Assembly (NCBI GenBank): GCA_951406725.2
Contig: OX597814.1
Coordinates: 193,068,001 to 193,132,000 of the forward strand
DNA length: 64,000 nucleotides
Origin: Octopus vulgaris
Taxonomy: Eukaryota
Direction: 5' to 3'
How positions within the stretch are numbered: the stretch's first letter is position 1; each line of letters begins with the position of its first letter. The notes under the pieces were generated by a model that saw only the letters and a program-made list of their open reading frames with translations, was not told the origin of the DNA and did no database searches. The translations under genes were made by a program, and so were the position numbers. Shown here piece by piece: positions 1 through 12,441 of the stretch.

Positions 1-213
1 AAAATGCTAAAATAATTTTATAAAAAACATTTCAGTACCGGTTTCAGTCATTGAGACTTTTTCAACTGTAACAATTAAACAATTAAGTTTAGAAAAATTA
101 AAAGAAAAGTTTTTTTTTAAAGAATATTTGCATAGTATTCAAATACAAGGGGCATTTTCCTTGTTTCTGCCTGTCTCTGTCTCTCTTGTTTACTCTTGTG
201 GGTTCGAGGTCAT

Positions 214-215
<2 letters not shown>
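1..215 (-). mobile_element. Penelope-like pLTR-type repeat fragment carrying a hammerhead motif
   Basis: Contains the hammerhead motif at 33-68. Bases ~70-172 recur diverged at ~51580-51672. Ends in (TG)/(TA)n. Confidence 0.55.
33..68 (-). ncRNA. Minimal hammerhead ribozyme motif, U3:A8 core variant
   Basis: Minus strand: CAG-UUGAAAA-AGUC-ucaau-GACU-GAAA-CCGGUA-CUG. Stem I CAG/CUG, 4-bp stem II, palindromic ACCGGU stem III, GUA cleavage triplet. Confidence 0.7.
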
Positions 216-251
<36 letters not shown>

Positions 252-337
252 CGAAGTGGACAAACGAAAGAAGGACATTCAACACATTTATTGGGAGTTA
301 CCTGTATGGATCAGAAATCAAAACTTTTTATCCATTC

Positions 338-377
<40 letters not shown>

Positions 378-477
378 ATCAAAGCAGTTTGATTCATATT
401 TCTTGGTACTCCGAGTTTCAAAGCCTTTGTGTACTCACTCGTATATATATATATGTATATATGTGTGTGTGTGTGTT

Positions 478-520
<43 letters not shown>

Positions 521-531
521 CATATATATAT

Positions 532-562
<31 letters not shown>

Positions 563-1554
563 CATACACACACATACATACACACATACATACACACATA
601 TACATATAACCAAGATGTGTTTTTGGAAAGCAACTAATTTGAGAGAGAGAGAGAGTTAATTTGAACTTTCATCAGCCGGAACAGTTACGCAATTTGATAG
701 AACATACCCAGAATATATGTGTTCCCTTAGGAACAAATCCAGAATGTATTAAATGCCAAATAGTCCTTTGCAACATCACAAATTTTAACCCGCTTCCCTC
801 TACATATATGGTTTAGATTTATTGCAAAACTGCCTTAACGGATAAAGACCTAACTATAACCAGAACGTTAAATGCAATTTATTTTCCAAAATAATTTAGC
901 TAGAAGCTTATGCATTTTAGCAATGTGGTAAAAACAGTAAGGTAGTGACTAAAAGGAAAAAAAAAACATGTTTGTGGCTTTAGACACTGTTGGTGCCTTC
1001 TTGGTAGTTCTTTTCTTGCAAATGAGAGTTTCAATGTAAAAGACAGAGAAAAGAAACTAAATACTATAAGCCGTTGACTCTGGCGTTTTATATTTCTGCT
1101 AATTCATCATAAATAGTAATCATGTGTGGCATTAAGTAATGCTGAAATGAAAATCTTTTTTCCTTCTCAAAACAGAATAGGCTAGCACAGAGTTGTTTAG
1201 ATATGTATAAACTAGCAGAATGCGTAACGTTAATAACCTCATCCCATACTCGCGGCATTTTGTACAAAAGTAAAAAGAATTAAAATACATTACGATATTT
1301 ACACTTCAAATTCTTGAAGTTTTATCCCAAAACTTCGTTACCAAAAACAATTATATCATTGAACCATCATTATCCATTGGAAATACAGCGAACCACTGAA
1401 TGAAATGGATGGAGATCTATAACTAACGAAGCTACTGTTCCCAAAATATATACTTATATACATACGTATGTATGTATATATGTGTTTATGCTTTTATACA
1501 TGCATATATGTATATAAATACACACATAAACTTTGTTTTGTTTTTGTTGTGTGT

Positions 1555-1832
1555 TCCTTTTCGAGCAATGCCTGGTTCATAAGGGCCGGTTTCCCGGTTT
1601 CCTTGGCGTATAGGTTCCCCACATGGACGGGACGCCGGTCCGTCGCAGGTGAGTTGCAAGATGCAGGAGGAAAGAGTGGGAGAAAGTTGTGGCGAAAGAG
1701 TCAGCAGAAGTTCGCCATTACATTCTGCTATAGCCACCTGGAGCTTAAGTGTTTCGCTCATAAACAGACAAACCGCCCGGTCTGAGATTCGAACCCACGA
1801 TCCCTCGACCGCGAGTCCGCTGCTCTAACCAC
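1555..1832 (-). mobile_element. tRNA-derived SINE, diverged hybrid (family-B head, family-C tail)
   Basis: Head similar to the copies at 12063 and 17893. Tail similar to the copies at 7151 and 50870. Confidence 0.75.
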
Positions 1833-2110
1833 AACTTTCAGATTCCGTGTAACTTATGAGCTGTGTAACAAATGAAAGGAGATAAAATCCCTTCTTGAAA
1901 AGAACTTTGTTAATATTTGGAAAGAAAAGAAAGATTTTAATTACAATTGCACCATGTGTGAATGCATTTAAGAAACATTGCAGTATCAGCACAAAATAAA
2001 GCACATCATGAAATCTCAAGCTTTCACTAAAGGACCAAGATTTATTAATTGAATATTTGTACAAGATACCGATGCTCTATAGGATACCAATTACTTGCAT
2101 ACCGAATATA

Positions 2111-2341
2111 TATTTCTTTACTACCCACAAGGGGTTAAACACAGATGGGACAAACAAGGACAGACAAAGGGATTAAGTCGATTGCATCGACCCCAGTGCG
2201 TAACTGGTACTTAATTTATCGACCCCGAAAGGATGAAAGGCAAAGTCGACCTCGGCGGAATTTGAACTCGGAACGTAACGACAGACGAAATACGGCTACG
2301 CATTTCGCCCGGCGTGCTAACGTCTCTGCCAGCTCGCCGCC
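2111..2341 (-). mobile_element. SINE family D (Nin/Deu-like central domain), full length
   Basis: GGCGGCGAGCTGGCAGA head, GAGTTCAAATTCC B box, GCCTTTCATCCTTTCGGGGTCGATAAA core. TSD TTGCATACCGAATATA at 2095-2110 and 2342-2357. Confidence 0.9.
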
Positions 2342-3949
2342 TTGCATACCGAATATAACAATGGAAGACCAACTGAGATACCAAACTGGTTTATCGTAAC
2401 CCGGGTAAATATTATGACAAAGAAAGAAAATGTCCACTTGGCAAAAGGCGACCTACTATTTGCTTAAACATTATATATAGGCTTAACATTGGCACCGATT
2501 CCATTAAGGCAGTTGCGAGTCCTACAAAATACTTAGAGTAGAGCAGGCAGGTGGAAAGAATTTAAGTGTAGTGTTGTGCTAAATAACGTCTTTTAAAGTT
2601 ATATAGCAGGTTGAATAGGCTTGAACCCTTATATCTGGCCCATTCAAACTGCTCCAGCAATACTGGCTGGGTTATGACTACTGTATATGAGATAGAAGGA
2701 TCTTGAAATATCTGTTGTCCAGAGAGCTGATCTTCGTCTTCAGAGAGACATAAAATTAGTGAAGATAATGTTGAGAGGTAAGGCTTTTGCTGGGGCCTGG
2801 ACTTGAGTATGGAGTACTGCCTTAAGGCATAGACACACTAGGCAGTAGCTCGGGGACCTCATGAGCACAGGGTACCCAATTTTGATCTATGTGTACTGTA
2901 GGTTTCTGTCAAATATTGTCGGGGTCAAAGCATTGACTTGCTCGAGGGTCTGTAATTCTGCTAAGACAACCCTGTGAACGGGGTAGGATTTACAAATAAG
3001 AGAGCAGAGCCCGAGGATTGCTGCTGAAGGAATGTGCCATCGATGAAAAAAATTACCAAGACAATACCACTCAACGGTGCCTTCAAAGGTCGCTGCAACC
3101 AGGATTCCCATTGTAGCATCTACAGCTACAACAAACTATCTATTTACAAGGAAGACTTTCCAAAAGTAGCTCCAAGTCTTCACGAGACTGGTGGATGTAA
3201 AAAAAAAATAAGAAAAAGCACCGCAGAATTCTGATGATAGTAGCTGTAATCAGACTTGATTGTAGATATAGATTTGACTATTCTTCACACATAGAGGTGG
3301 AACTAGTGAATTTAGTAAAAATAAGTACCTGCTGTCCGTGTTGTCATGCAATGATTTTGTTCACCATCTTTACTCTTGTAACTGAAAACGCAACAATTAT
3401 TGCTGCTGTCATAAAACATTTCGAAAGAATAATCCAAGTCAACATTATATTTTTGTGCTCCTGTTTATTTTTTAGAATTAAATGCAATGTCATTGCTTCT
3501 ACAAACATCCAGTGCTTGTATGAATAAATTATTGGTTACCAATGTAACCGAAATAACTAATAACAAATCTAACCAATATAAACTAATAATTGGGTGTAAC
3601 CAACTTAACCAATAATTTATTTGTCGAAGATCTCAACATTTATACTGGAAATATCTGCAACGTTAAAATTGTTGTTATCGAATCAAGCTGAGAAAGATCA
3701 AGATTCTAAGCCACAATTTTAGCTGGAAAAAGGAGGGAATTTGATCAAAGGAAATGTTTATAGTCGATAGTTGGATATAAGAAAATCACTTTGAATGGGG
3801 GGTGGGGAAATGAATATCAATGGGATCGGAAATATTTCCTCTATTCGAAACAATGTGTTATAAATATCTAAAAATTGATGAAAGTGTATTATATAAAACT
3901 ACTGTGACTAAAGAGAGAGAGAAAGAAAGATTAAGGAATATTGAGTCAG

Positions 3950-4540
3950 ACGTAAAAAGTATGGTAGTCGGAGCTTCTTCCTATTGCAAGACAATTCATT
4001 TGAGACACTAGCATTTGAAATGGTTGTTTGGACTGCAGAGCAAATCTCTTCTATTGGTATTATACCCGGCAAGATCCAAGTATCAGCTGGAAGCTTTCAT
4101 AAGAATAATGCTATTGACAGACTCTGTTTCAAAGTAAGATCTAGATAACCTCGGAAAGTCATATGTAGACAAAATATATTAAACAACAGAAGAAAGATAA
4201 AACAAATGTATGAAATGATCAACAGCGAGATCACCATCTTAGAAATCGAGAGTGAACTCCGTAGGAAGCCGCTGAAGGAGGGACCCAATTTAAGGAGAAA
4301 CATCATTTATATCAACAAAACGTTATACTGGGGATATATTTCATAGAAACCTGAAAATGATGCTAATATAGACCGGACGTATAGCCTCTTTTGTATTTTG
4401 CGCTCATTCATCATGTTCATTAATCGGAAATCGCTCTTTTGTAATCTACCAGCATCAATTAGCTTTGGAATAAGTGTTAGAAAAAGTGAAAAAAAAAGAC
4501 AATGAAACTGATAAACTACCAAGATGTCTCCGAAACTGAC
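3950..4540 (+). pseudogene. Highly decayed CR1/L2-like LINE ORF2 C-terminal remnant
   Basis: Frame-broken peptides such as K*DLDNLGK, LEIESELRRK and NRKSLFCNLPASIS resemble the CR1 C-terminus. Confidence 0.35.
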
Positions 4541-4550
4541 GCTTATAGGA

Positions 4551-4968
4551 AAGCGGCGAGCTGGCAGAAACGTTAGCACGCCGGACGAAATGCTTAGTGG
4601 TATTTCGTCTGCAGCTACGTTCTAAGTTCAAATTCCCCCGAGGTCGACTTTGCCTTTCATCCTTTCGGGGTCGATAAATTAAGTACCAGTTACGCACTGG
4701 GGCCGATATAATCGACTTAATCTGTTTGTCTGTCCTTGTTTGTCCTCTCTGTGTTAAGCCCCTTGTGGGTAGTAAAGAAATAGGTATTTCGTCTGCTGTT
4801 ACGTTCTGAGTTCAAATTCCGCCGAGGTCGACTTTGCCTTTCATCCTTTCGGGGTCATAAATTAAGTACCAGTTATGCACTGAGGTCGATCTAATCTGCT
4901 TAATCCGTTTGTCTGTCCTTTTTTTCCCCCTCTATGTTTAGCCCCTTGTGGGCAATAAAGAAATAAGA
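4551..4968 (+). mobile_element. SINE family D head-to-tail dimer
   Basis: Full monomer followed by a 5'-truncated monomer, junction GTAAAGAAATAG|GTATTTCGTCTG. Confidence 0.9.
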
Positions 4969-4994
4969 AATTGACACTTGTTTAATCATGTAAA

Positions 4995-6390
4995 GGCAGT
5001 GTTCTGAGTTCAAAATCGGCCTAGGTCGACTTTGTTTTTAATCTTTTCAGGGAGTCAGTAAAATAAGTACCAGTTGAGTAGTGGGCTCGATATAATCAAC
5101 TAACCCCACTTCCTCAAAATTTATGTATCCATGTCATCATTAGTAACACACATTATGTCAGTCACTGTCCAACATGTTATCAAGGAATCGCTTTCCTGTG
5201 CGGCATAACGTTGTCACTAAAACAATATGTAATGTTACCTGTATGAAAGTTTGCATCGGGAGAAGTATTTCAAAAATGTATTTCATACAGGTTTCAAATT
5301 TTGGCGCAAGGCCAGAAATTTCAGGAAAGGGAGTAAGTCGATTATATCGACTCCAGTGTACGGCTGGTACCTATTCTATGGACCCCGAAAGGATGAAAAG
5401 CATAGTCGGCTTCGGTAAAATTTGAACTCAAAACTTTCAGAGGCGGACAAAATACCGCTGGACATTTTTGGTCGGTGTGCTAACGATTCTTCCGGCTTGC
5501 CGCCTTGGAAATGTTTTTGATATTTAAAAATGGAATAAAGAGGTAAGCTGGCAGAATTGTTAGCATGCTGACGAAAGTTTTAGCGGCATTTAGTTCGCCT
5601 CCGCGTTCTGAGTTCAAATTCCGCCAAGGTCGACTCTACCTTTCATCCTTTCGGGGTGGATAAAATAAGTAGCAGTCATGTGCTGGGGATGATGTAATCG
5701 ACTAGTCCCTCCCCACAAATTTCAGGGCTTGTTTCTATAGTAGAAAGGATATTAAAGAAAGAAATAAGGTGAGCTGCCAGAATCGTTAGCTCCCTGGGCG
5801 AAATGCATAGCGGCATTTTGTCCGTCTTTACTTTCTGAATGTAAACTCTGCCGAGGTCGATTTTTGCCTTTCATCCTTTCGGAGTCCATTAAATAAGAGG
5901 CTAAACACAGGGGACAAACAAGGACAGACAAACGGATTAAGTCGATTATATCGACCCCAGTGCGTAACTGGTACTTATTTAATCGATCCCGAAAGGATGA
6001 AAGGCAGAAATCGACCTCGGCGGAATTTGAACTCAGAACGTAACAGCAGACGAAATACCTATTTCTTTACTACCCACAAGGGGCTAAACATAGAGGAGAC
6101 AAACAAGGACAGACAAAGGGATTAAGTCGATTGTATCGACCCCAGTGCGTAACTGGTACTTAATTTATCGACCCCGAAAGGATGAAAGGCAAAGTCGACC
6201 TTGGCGGAATTTGAACTCAGAACGTAACGACAGACGAAATACCGCTAAGCATTTCGCCCGGCGCGCTACCGTTTCTGCCAGCTTGCCGCCTTGCATTAGA
6301 TAAGTACCAGTTGAGCACTGGAGTTAATGTAATCGACTTATCTTCTCTCCAGGAATTACTACCCATGTGCCAATATTTGAAACCAATTTT
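4995..6390. mobile_element. Cluster of SINE D copies in both orientations, with a minus-strand dimer (~5897-6292) nested in an older plus-strand copy
   Basis: Repeated family D core. Near-TSD CATTAAATAAG / CATTAGATAAG flanks the nested dimer. Confidence 0.85.
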
Positions 6391-7150
6391 CCTTAAAGAA
6401 AAGAAATACTGGTGATGTATTCCATTCAACGTTTTCACTATGTTTAACTGAAAAATAGAACAAATTATGTTCAGCAAATATGAACATTTCACACAGAAAA
6501 AATAAAATCAATATGAAAAGCAACGGTGATGGACAGCTGTTTCCAAATCTACAACTTCTCTTCTCAGACTATAAATTTACATTTGTACTAACAACCGGTG
6601 CATATGGTTAAGTAAATATTTATGTAATAATCTCGAGAAAATTAAGAAATATATAAAGAAATGAATAACGCGATTTTTAGGCAAAGAACGAAGCCGTTCA
6701 ATTCAAATTCTGCAAATTCAATCTGTAAACAGAGAAGGGAAAATATATCAGATTTATCAAAACTTCAACATGTAATTCTTCACTATTATTCTTATCTGAA
6801 TTCAAACGATGTAACTTTCTCAGTTACAATTCAAACCCATTTTATAAGATTTCATAGAAATCCACGCATGTATACATACATACATACATACATACATACG
6901 TACATACATACATACATACATACATACATACATACGTACATACATACATACATACATACATACATACATACATACATACATACATACATACATACATACA
7001 CTTATGCCGATAATAATTGACACTTGGTTTTGTGGGTAAATGTCTAAATAACAATCTGGAAAAGCCGAGGTTTTCAGGAAAAACGAATACATTTATAAAT
7101 ACAGGCTTTAAGCGGAACAGTAAAAATATGCAAGACGTTTTCTGAAGTTC

Positions 7151-7387
7151 GTGGAGGCGCGTGGCATAGTGGTTAGGTTGTCAGCACCATGATCGTAAGA
7201 TTGTGGTTTCGATTCTTGAGCAAAACACTTCATTTCACGTTGCTCCAGTCCACTCAGCTGGCAAAAGTGAGTAACGCTGCGATGGACTGGTGTACCGTCC
7301 AGCTGGGGAACACATACGCCATAGAAACCGAGAAACCAGGCCCATGAGCCTGGCTAGGCTTTAAAAGGACGCATTTATTTATTTTTA
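7151..7387 (+). mobile_element. tRNA-derived SINE family C (V-domain-like tail)
   Basis: A/B-box head, GCGATGGACTGG...GTCCAG motif. TSD TTTTCTGAAGTTC at 7138-7150 and 7388-7400. Confidence 0.9.
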
Positions 7388-7590
7388 TTTTCTGAAGTTC
7401 AAAACGTTGCTGGTATCTTTGCTAGAAAGCAGCTCTTTCCTTACAAGAAGACTTCAAATAATTTAAAATAGGAGAGAACACACATACTTACATAAAGTAC
7501 AAGATATTAACTGGTTTTATTCGGGTATCAAATATGTAAAAACTTCTTTGTTAAGCTAAATTTACTTCAACATAAAGTAGTACTTATTGT

Positions 7591-7913
7591 CTTTTTTTTA
7601 TTTTTTAGGCGCCCTTTTCAAGCCTAACCAGACTCATGGGTCCGGTTTCCTGGTTTCTGTGGCATATGTGTTCCCCCTGGCTGGACGGGACGCCAGTCCA
7701 TCGCAGCGTTACTCAAAATAACAGACGGAAAGAGTGAGAGAAAGTTGGGGAGAAAGAGTACAACAGGAGTCGCCACCACCTCCTGCCGGAGTATCATGGA
7801 GCTTTTAGGTGTTTTCGCTCAATAAACACACACAACGCCCGGTCTGGGAATCGAAACCGCGATCCTCCGACCGCGAGTCCGCTGGCCTAACCACTGGGCC
7901 ATTGCACTTCCAC
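7591..7913 (-). mobile_element. Hybrid SINE (family-B head, family-C tail)
   Basis: Head matches family B, tail matches family C, A-rich end. TSD AGTACTTATTGT at 7579-7590 and 7914-7925. Confidence 0.9.
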
Positions 7914-8159
7914 AGTACTTATTGTATGTAACTAAATTTGCGAACATATTTAATTGTAATTCAGGTAAATATGTAAGTTTGACTTTTTCCCGGCTTCTAT
8001 ATTGTGTGAAGGTTTTGAAACAGTGTTCATTGATCATTTTTGTTTTGTGACAAAATAAAAGAATATCTTTACTTCATATTGTTTCTTGTTATTCTCAAAT
8101 GATGTGCAAAGCATAAAACAGAAGCAATTCAAAAAGAAATTTATTTTATTCAGCAAGAG

Positions 8160-8640
8160 TTTTTGCGATGGACAACATTGTTTTGCTCTGTGGTTTGGTA
8201 ATACAATGAAGAGACATCTGCTTGGTCCAATACATAATTAACATAGAACTGACGGAAAGAGAAACACAGACTTATCAAACTGACAGCCTTAAGGAATTGT
8301 CCTTGAGATTTCTTGATAGTCACAGAAATGGGTCGCAGTACTGGAAAATGAAGGCATTTGAACTGAAATAATATATTCTGATAACATGATGGAAATATGT
8401 AGAATGAAAGCATTTTCTTTTCTGGTATAAACTGCCATAATGGTGGCTTCGATTACATGAAGCAGAAGAGTTTTAACAGCTAGATTCATATCGTTACAGA
8501 GTTTTGTAGTATCCAAATTTCGTAGTAACATTAAGGGTGATTCTTCATTCTGTTGCAGATCGTGAGGTTCGACAACAGAGGGATCGGATGGGTTGAAAAC
8601 CTCTGACGGATAGTTGATACAATCGTTAACATAGAACCCC
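8160..8640 (-). pseudogene. Helitron RepHel PIF1-type helicase C-terminal relic
   Basis: YPSEVFN, PLMLLRNLDTTKLCND, VIEATI, then frameshifted FQFKCLHFPV and TIKKSQGQFLKAV. These match PIF1/Helitron helicase C-terminal motifs. Confidence 0.85.
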
Positions 8641-8981
8641 TTACGAGCTAACTTGTACTTTTTGTATAGTCCTGATAAATGTGGAACGACGGTGACATAG
8701 ATGCACAGTGTCATTTTTTTTTCGCCCACACAGAGAACTTACAACAAATGGCTGCTGGTGTTCCCGCATGACCGCAGCCGCGTGGCTGAAACAAATAAAA
8801 GAATAATAATTTGTAAACCAAGCATTCGTTGGGTGTGTGATTAAATATTAACATAATACCTGAATATTTTACAAATATTTATAAACAATAAAAGAATAAA
8901 TTTTATATTTTATATTTGATATAAATATAAATATAAATATTTATATTTATATTTAAATAAGGAGTCATATATATATATATA

Positions 8982-9409
8982 CTCTTTTACTCTTTTACTC
9001 TTTTACTTGTTTCAGTCATTTGACTGCGGCCATGCTGGAGCACCGCCTTTAGTCGAGCAAATCGACCCCGGGACTTATTCTTTGTAAGCTCAGTACTTAT
9101 TCTATCGGTCTCTTTTGCCGAACCGCTAAGTGACGGGGATATAAACACACCAGCATCGGTTGTCAAGCAATGCTAGGGGGACAAACACAGACACACAAAC
9201 ATATACACACAACACATACATATATATATATATATACACATATATACGACAGGCTTCTTTCAGTTTCCGTCTACCAAATCCACTCACAAGGCATTGGTCG
9301 GCCCGGGGCTATAGCAGAAGACACTTGCCCAAGGTGCCACGCAGTGGGACTAAACCCGGAACCATGTGGTTGGTTAGCAAGCTACTTACCACACAGCCAC
9401 TCCTGCGCC
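8982..9409 (-). mobile_element. SINE family A (tRNA head, CORE-like segment, internal microsatellite, AAAAGAGT tail)
   Basis: GGCGCAGGAGTGGCTGTGTGG head, CACCTTGGGCAAGTGTC segment, multiple copies in the window. Confidence 0.9.
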
Positions 9410-9427
9410 TATATATATATATATATA

Positions 9428-9804
9428 CACTTGCGTCAGAAATTAATTAGCACTTCTCAAATTTCTACATTAAATAGGTTAAATCAATTAACCTATGAGC
9501 TGTTCAAAACGTCTTACGCGATGAGAAAACTTAGTATGGTGTGATTTCGGTCCTTGCGAGGTGCTACCTATATCTATTAAACAAAGGAAGATTTGTCTGC
9601 ATCCGCACTCCAAGTTGTTGCACTGCTATGTCAACATCATAAGGCTGTAGACTCTCAAACTGCTCTGCAAACAAAGTTACGTCATCGTTCTGCGCAACAG
9701 TGAACTCGCAACAAAGCAATAGTTCGAGATATGGCCACTAGGTGACAGCACATACCTTGAGTGAAGAGCAAATCAAGGGTGCTAATTAATTTCTGACGGT
9801 AGTG
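9428..9804. mobile_element. Tc1/mariner-type MITE
   Basis: 26-bp TIRs CACTTGCGTCAGAAATTAATTAGCAC / CACTACCGTCAGAAATTAATTAGCAC (reverse complement), TA flanks. Confidence 0.85.
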
Positions 9805-9889
9805 TATATAGATAGATAGATAGATATAGAGATAGATAGACAGATAGTCTTACATACATACATTCATACACACACACACATACACACAC

Positions 9890-9937
<48 letters not shown>

Positions 9938-10265
9938 CGAGAGAGAGAGAGAAATACCGGAAAAGAGAAAGAAGAAATCCGGTGTCACATTTTGATACAG
10001 TTTCTGTACCTCACACCAACATTTTTGCTCGCCTTCTACTCAATTATACCCCTTCTGTCTCTCTTCAACTCCGTTTCTGACTCATCTCTGCATTACCCTA
10101 AGGATAGAACGGGATCTAGGATATTTTGTTGTACATAGATTAATCACGATTGTATTTGGTTTTTCCGTGCGAAATTTGATAAAGTTGCGTAGGGAAGTAA
10201 CGACGTTGTTTCAAGACAAATCGACAAACTTTACTCTCTGTCTCTCCCCTTATATATATCTGCAG

Positions 10266-10296
<31 letters not shown>

Positions 10297-10542
10297 TGTA
10301 TGTATGTATGTATGTATGTATGTATGTATGTATGTATGTATGTATGTGTGTATGTATGTATGTACGTATGTACGTATGTATGTATGTATGTATGTATGTA
10401 TGTATGTATGTATGTATATATGTATGAATGTATGTATGTATGTATGAATGTATGTATGTATGTGTGTATGTGTGTATGTATGTATGTATGTACGTATGTA
10501 CGTATGTACGTATGTTTGTATGTATGTATATATGTATGTATG

Positions 10543-10576
<34 letters not shown>

Positions 10577-10601
10577 TGTATGTATGAATCTATCTATCTA
10601 T

Positions 10602-10642
<41 letters not shown>

Positions 10643-10672
10643 AATGTATGTATGTATGTATATATATATGTA
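10266..10672. repeat. (ATGT)n compound microsatellite
   Basis: Direct inspection. Similar tracts at ~6868-7000, 13920-14010, 24783-24850, 25110-25220, 56950-57070. Confidence 0.95.
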
Positions 10673-11155
10673 TATATTATCACTTGATCACTTGACCGAC
10701 TAGGTTATCAGATGTTGCTACACATCGCTGGTCACAATGCGCTTCGCATTGTTTAACCTTCAAATGACGCCACCCCGCCGTAATTAGCACCTAGTGACAG
10801 GCAAAGAGACATGACCAGTTAACCAAACAGCAGACCTTACACCAAAGTGCTGTGACAACAGCTAGAGGTTTCTCACTCTTAGCGGTTTTACGGTGCGCCC
10901 TGACACCAACCAAGGGATTTTCTGTGTCTCCGCACATAGATGAAATGTTATCACATATGGTAGTTAACGAACAGTTGTGGCACTGATAGACAGACCTGGG
11001 AACAATAGTGGTTAAGACGTGGTTCAAAACCTTCAAAACCCTGTATGTAAGTACATGAGTGTGAGTGTATGTGTGAGCGAGTCTGTGTGTCTATGTGTGT
11101 TACTGTGTGTATGTATGCATGCATAATTTATGCATACATGCATACATACATACAT

Positions 11156-11240
<85 letters not shown>

Positions 11241-11300
11241 TATATATGTATATATATGTATATATAATATATATATGTATATATATGTATATATAATATA

Positions 11301-11520
11301 CAAAGTTCGCTAAAAGTTACCTGAGAGTAAATCAAAACCATTTAATTCCTAGATTAAAAAACAAAAAAAATTTATATGAGACTTCGCTAATAAATAGACA
11401 AGTGTTGAAAAAAAAGGTGGCGATTTTAATTTACAGCATTTGATTATTAAACATTCATATAGAATGAATAAATAAAATTGAATATTTGATTTACTCTCTG
11501 GTGACTTTTGACCAACCCTG
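11301..11520. mobile_element. Decayed Tc1/mariner-type MITE
   Basis: Imperfect ~36-bp TIRs (CAGGGTTGGTCAAAAGTCACCAGAGAGTAAATCAAA on the right, reverse complement), TA flanks. Confidence 0.7.
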
Positions 11521-11594
11521 TATGTATACATACATTACATATATATGTGTGTATACACTTCATGCATCTATTGATATGTATGCGTGTATTCATC

Positions 11595-11633
<39 letters not shown>

Positions 11634-11665
11634 CTGGTATTATATATATATATATATATAACTGG

Positions 11666-11723
<58 letters not shown>

Positions 11724-11818
11724 ACTGGTGTTTAAGAAGGTGTATGGTGTTATTGTATAGTAATTTGGAGTTTTACCATATAACTTTAAACTCTCTTAAA
11801 CCCTTTACTTATATATTT

Positions 11819-11860
11819 GTACCATTGATAAGCAAAATACTGTGGAAACCGGTTTGGTAT
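11819..11860 (+). ncRNA. Minimal hammerhead-like motif (U3:A8 core, mismatched stem II closing pair)
   Basis: GUACCA-UUGAUAA-GCAaaauacUGUG-GAAA-CCGGUU-UGGUAU. 6-bp stem I, ACCGGU palindrome. Confidence 0.55.
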
Positions 11861-11965
11861 TTGAATAAATCTATTACAAAATTAAAAAAACAACAGGTTT
11901 TGAGACTCAGTTGCATTTTCAAACCCCCAAAACAAATTCACCTATATATACATAGGTTTATTCAA

Positions 11966-12007
11966 ATACCAAACCGGTTTCCACAGTATTATGCTTATCA
12001 ATGGTAC
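11966..12007 (-). ncRNA. Inverted copy of the minimal hammerhead-like motif
   Basis: GUACCA-UUGAUAA-GCAUaauacuGUGG-AAACCGGUU-UGGUAU on the minus strand. Confidence 0.55.
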
Positions 12008-12062
12008 AAAGTAAAGGGTTTAAGAGAGTTTAAAGTTATATGGTAAAACTCCAAATTACTAT

Positions 12063-12441
12063 GTGGAATGGAAGCACTCCGTCGGTTACGACGATGAGGG
12101 TTCCGGTTGATCCGAATCAACGGAACAGCCTGCTCGTGAAATTAACGTGTAAGTGGCTGAGAACTCCACAGCCACGTGCACCCTTAACGTAGTTCTCGGA
12201 GATATTCAGCGTGACACAGAGAGTGACAAGGCCGGCCCCTTGAAATACAAGTACAACAGAAACAGGAAGTAAGAGTGAGAGAAAGTTGTGGAGCTTTTTT
12301 TAAGTAAGAGTGAGAGAAAGTCGTGGAGCTTTTTTTAGGTGTTTTCGCTCAATAAACACTCACAACGCCCGGTATGGGAATCGAAACCGCAATCCTATGA
12401 CCGCGAGTCCGCTGCCCTAACCACTGGGTCATTGCGCCTCC
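12063..12441 (-). mobile_element. tRNA-derived SINE family B
   Basis: TGGAGGCGCAATG...GGTTTCGATTCC head, CCGACGGAGTGCTTCCA tail. TSD ACTCCAAATTACTAT at 12048-12062 and 12442-12456. Confidence 0.92.

Noticed and set aside
2360-3530. Possible decayed LINE APE/RT on minus strand (ANVKPIY, NQFG, GPD)
   Set aside because: Motifs are too short and frame-broken to support a call.
10680-11040. Possible LINE 3' end on minus strand
   Set aside because: No recognisable protein motif and no second copy in the window.
12370-12441. tRNA genes at SINE heads
   Set aside because: The tRNA-like A/B boxes are continuous with SINE bodies and flanked by TSDs.
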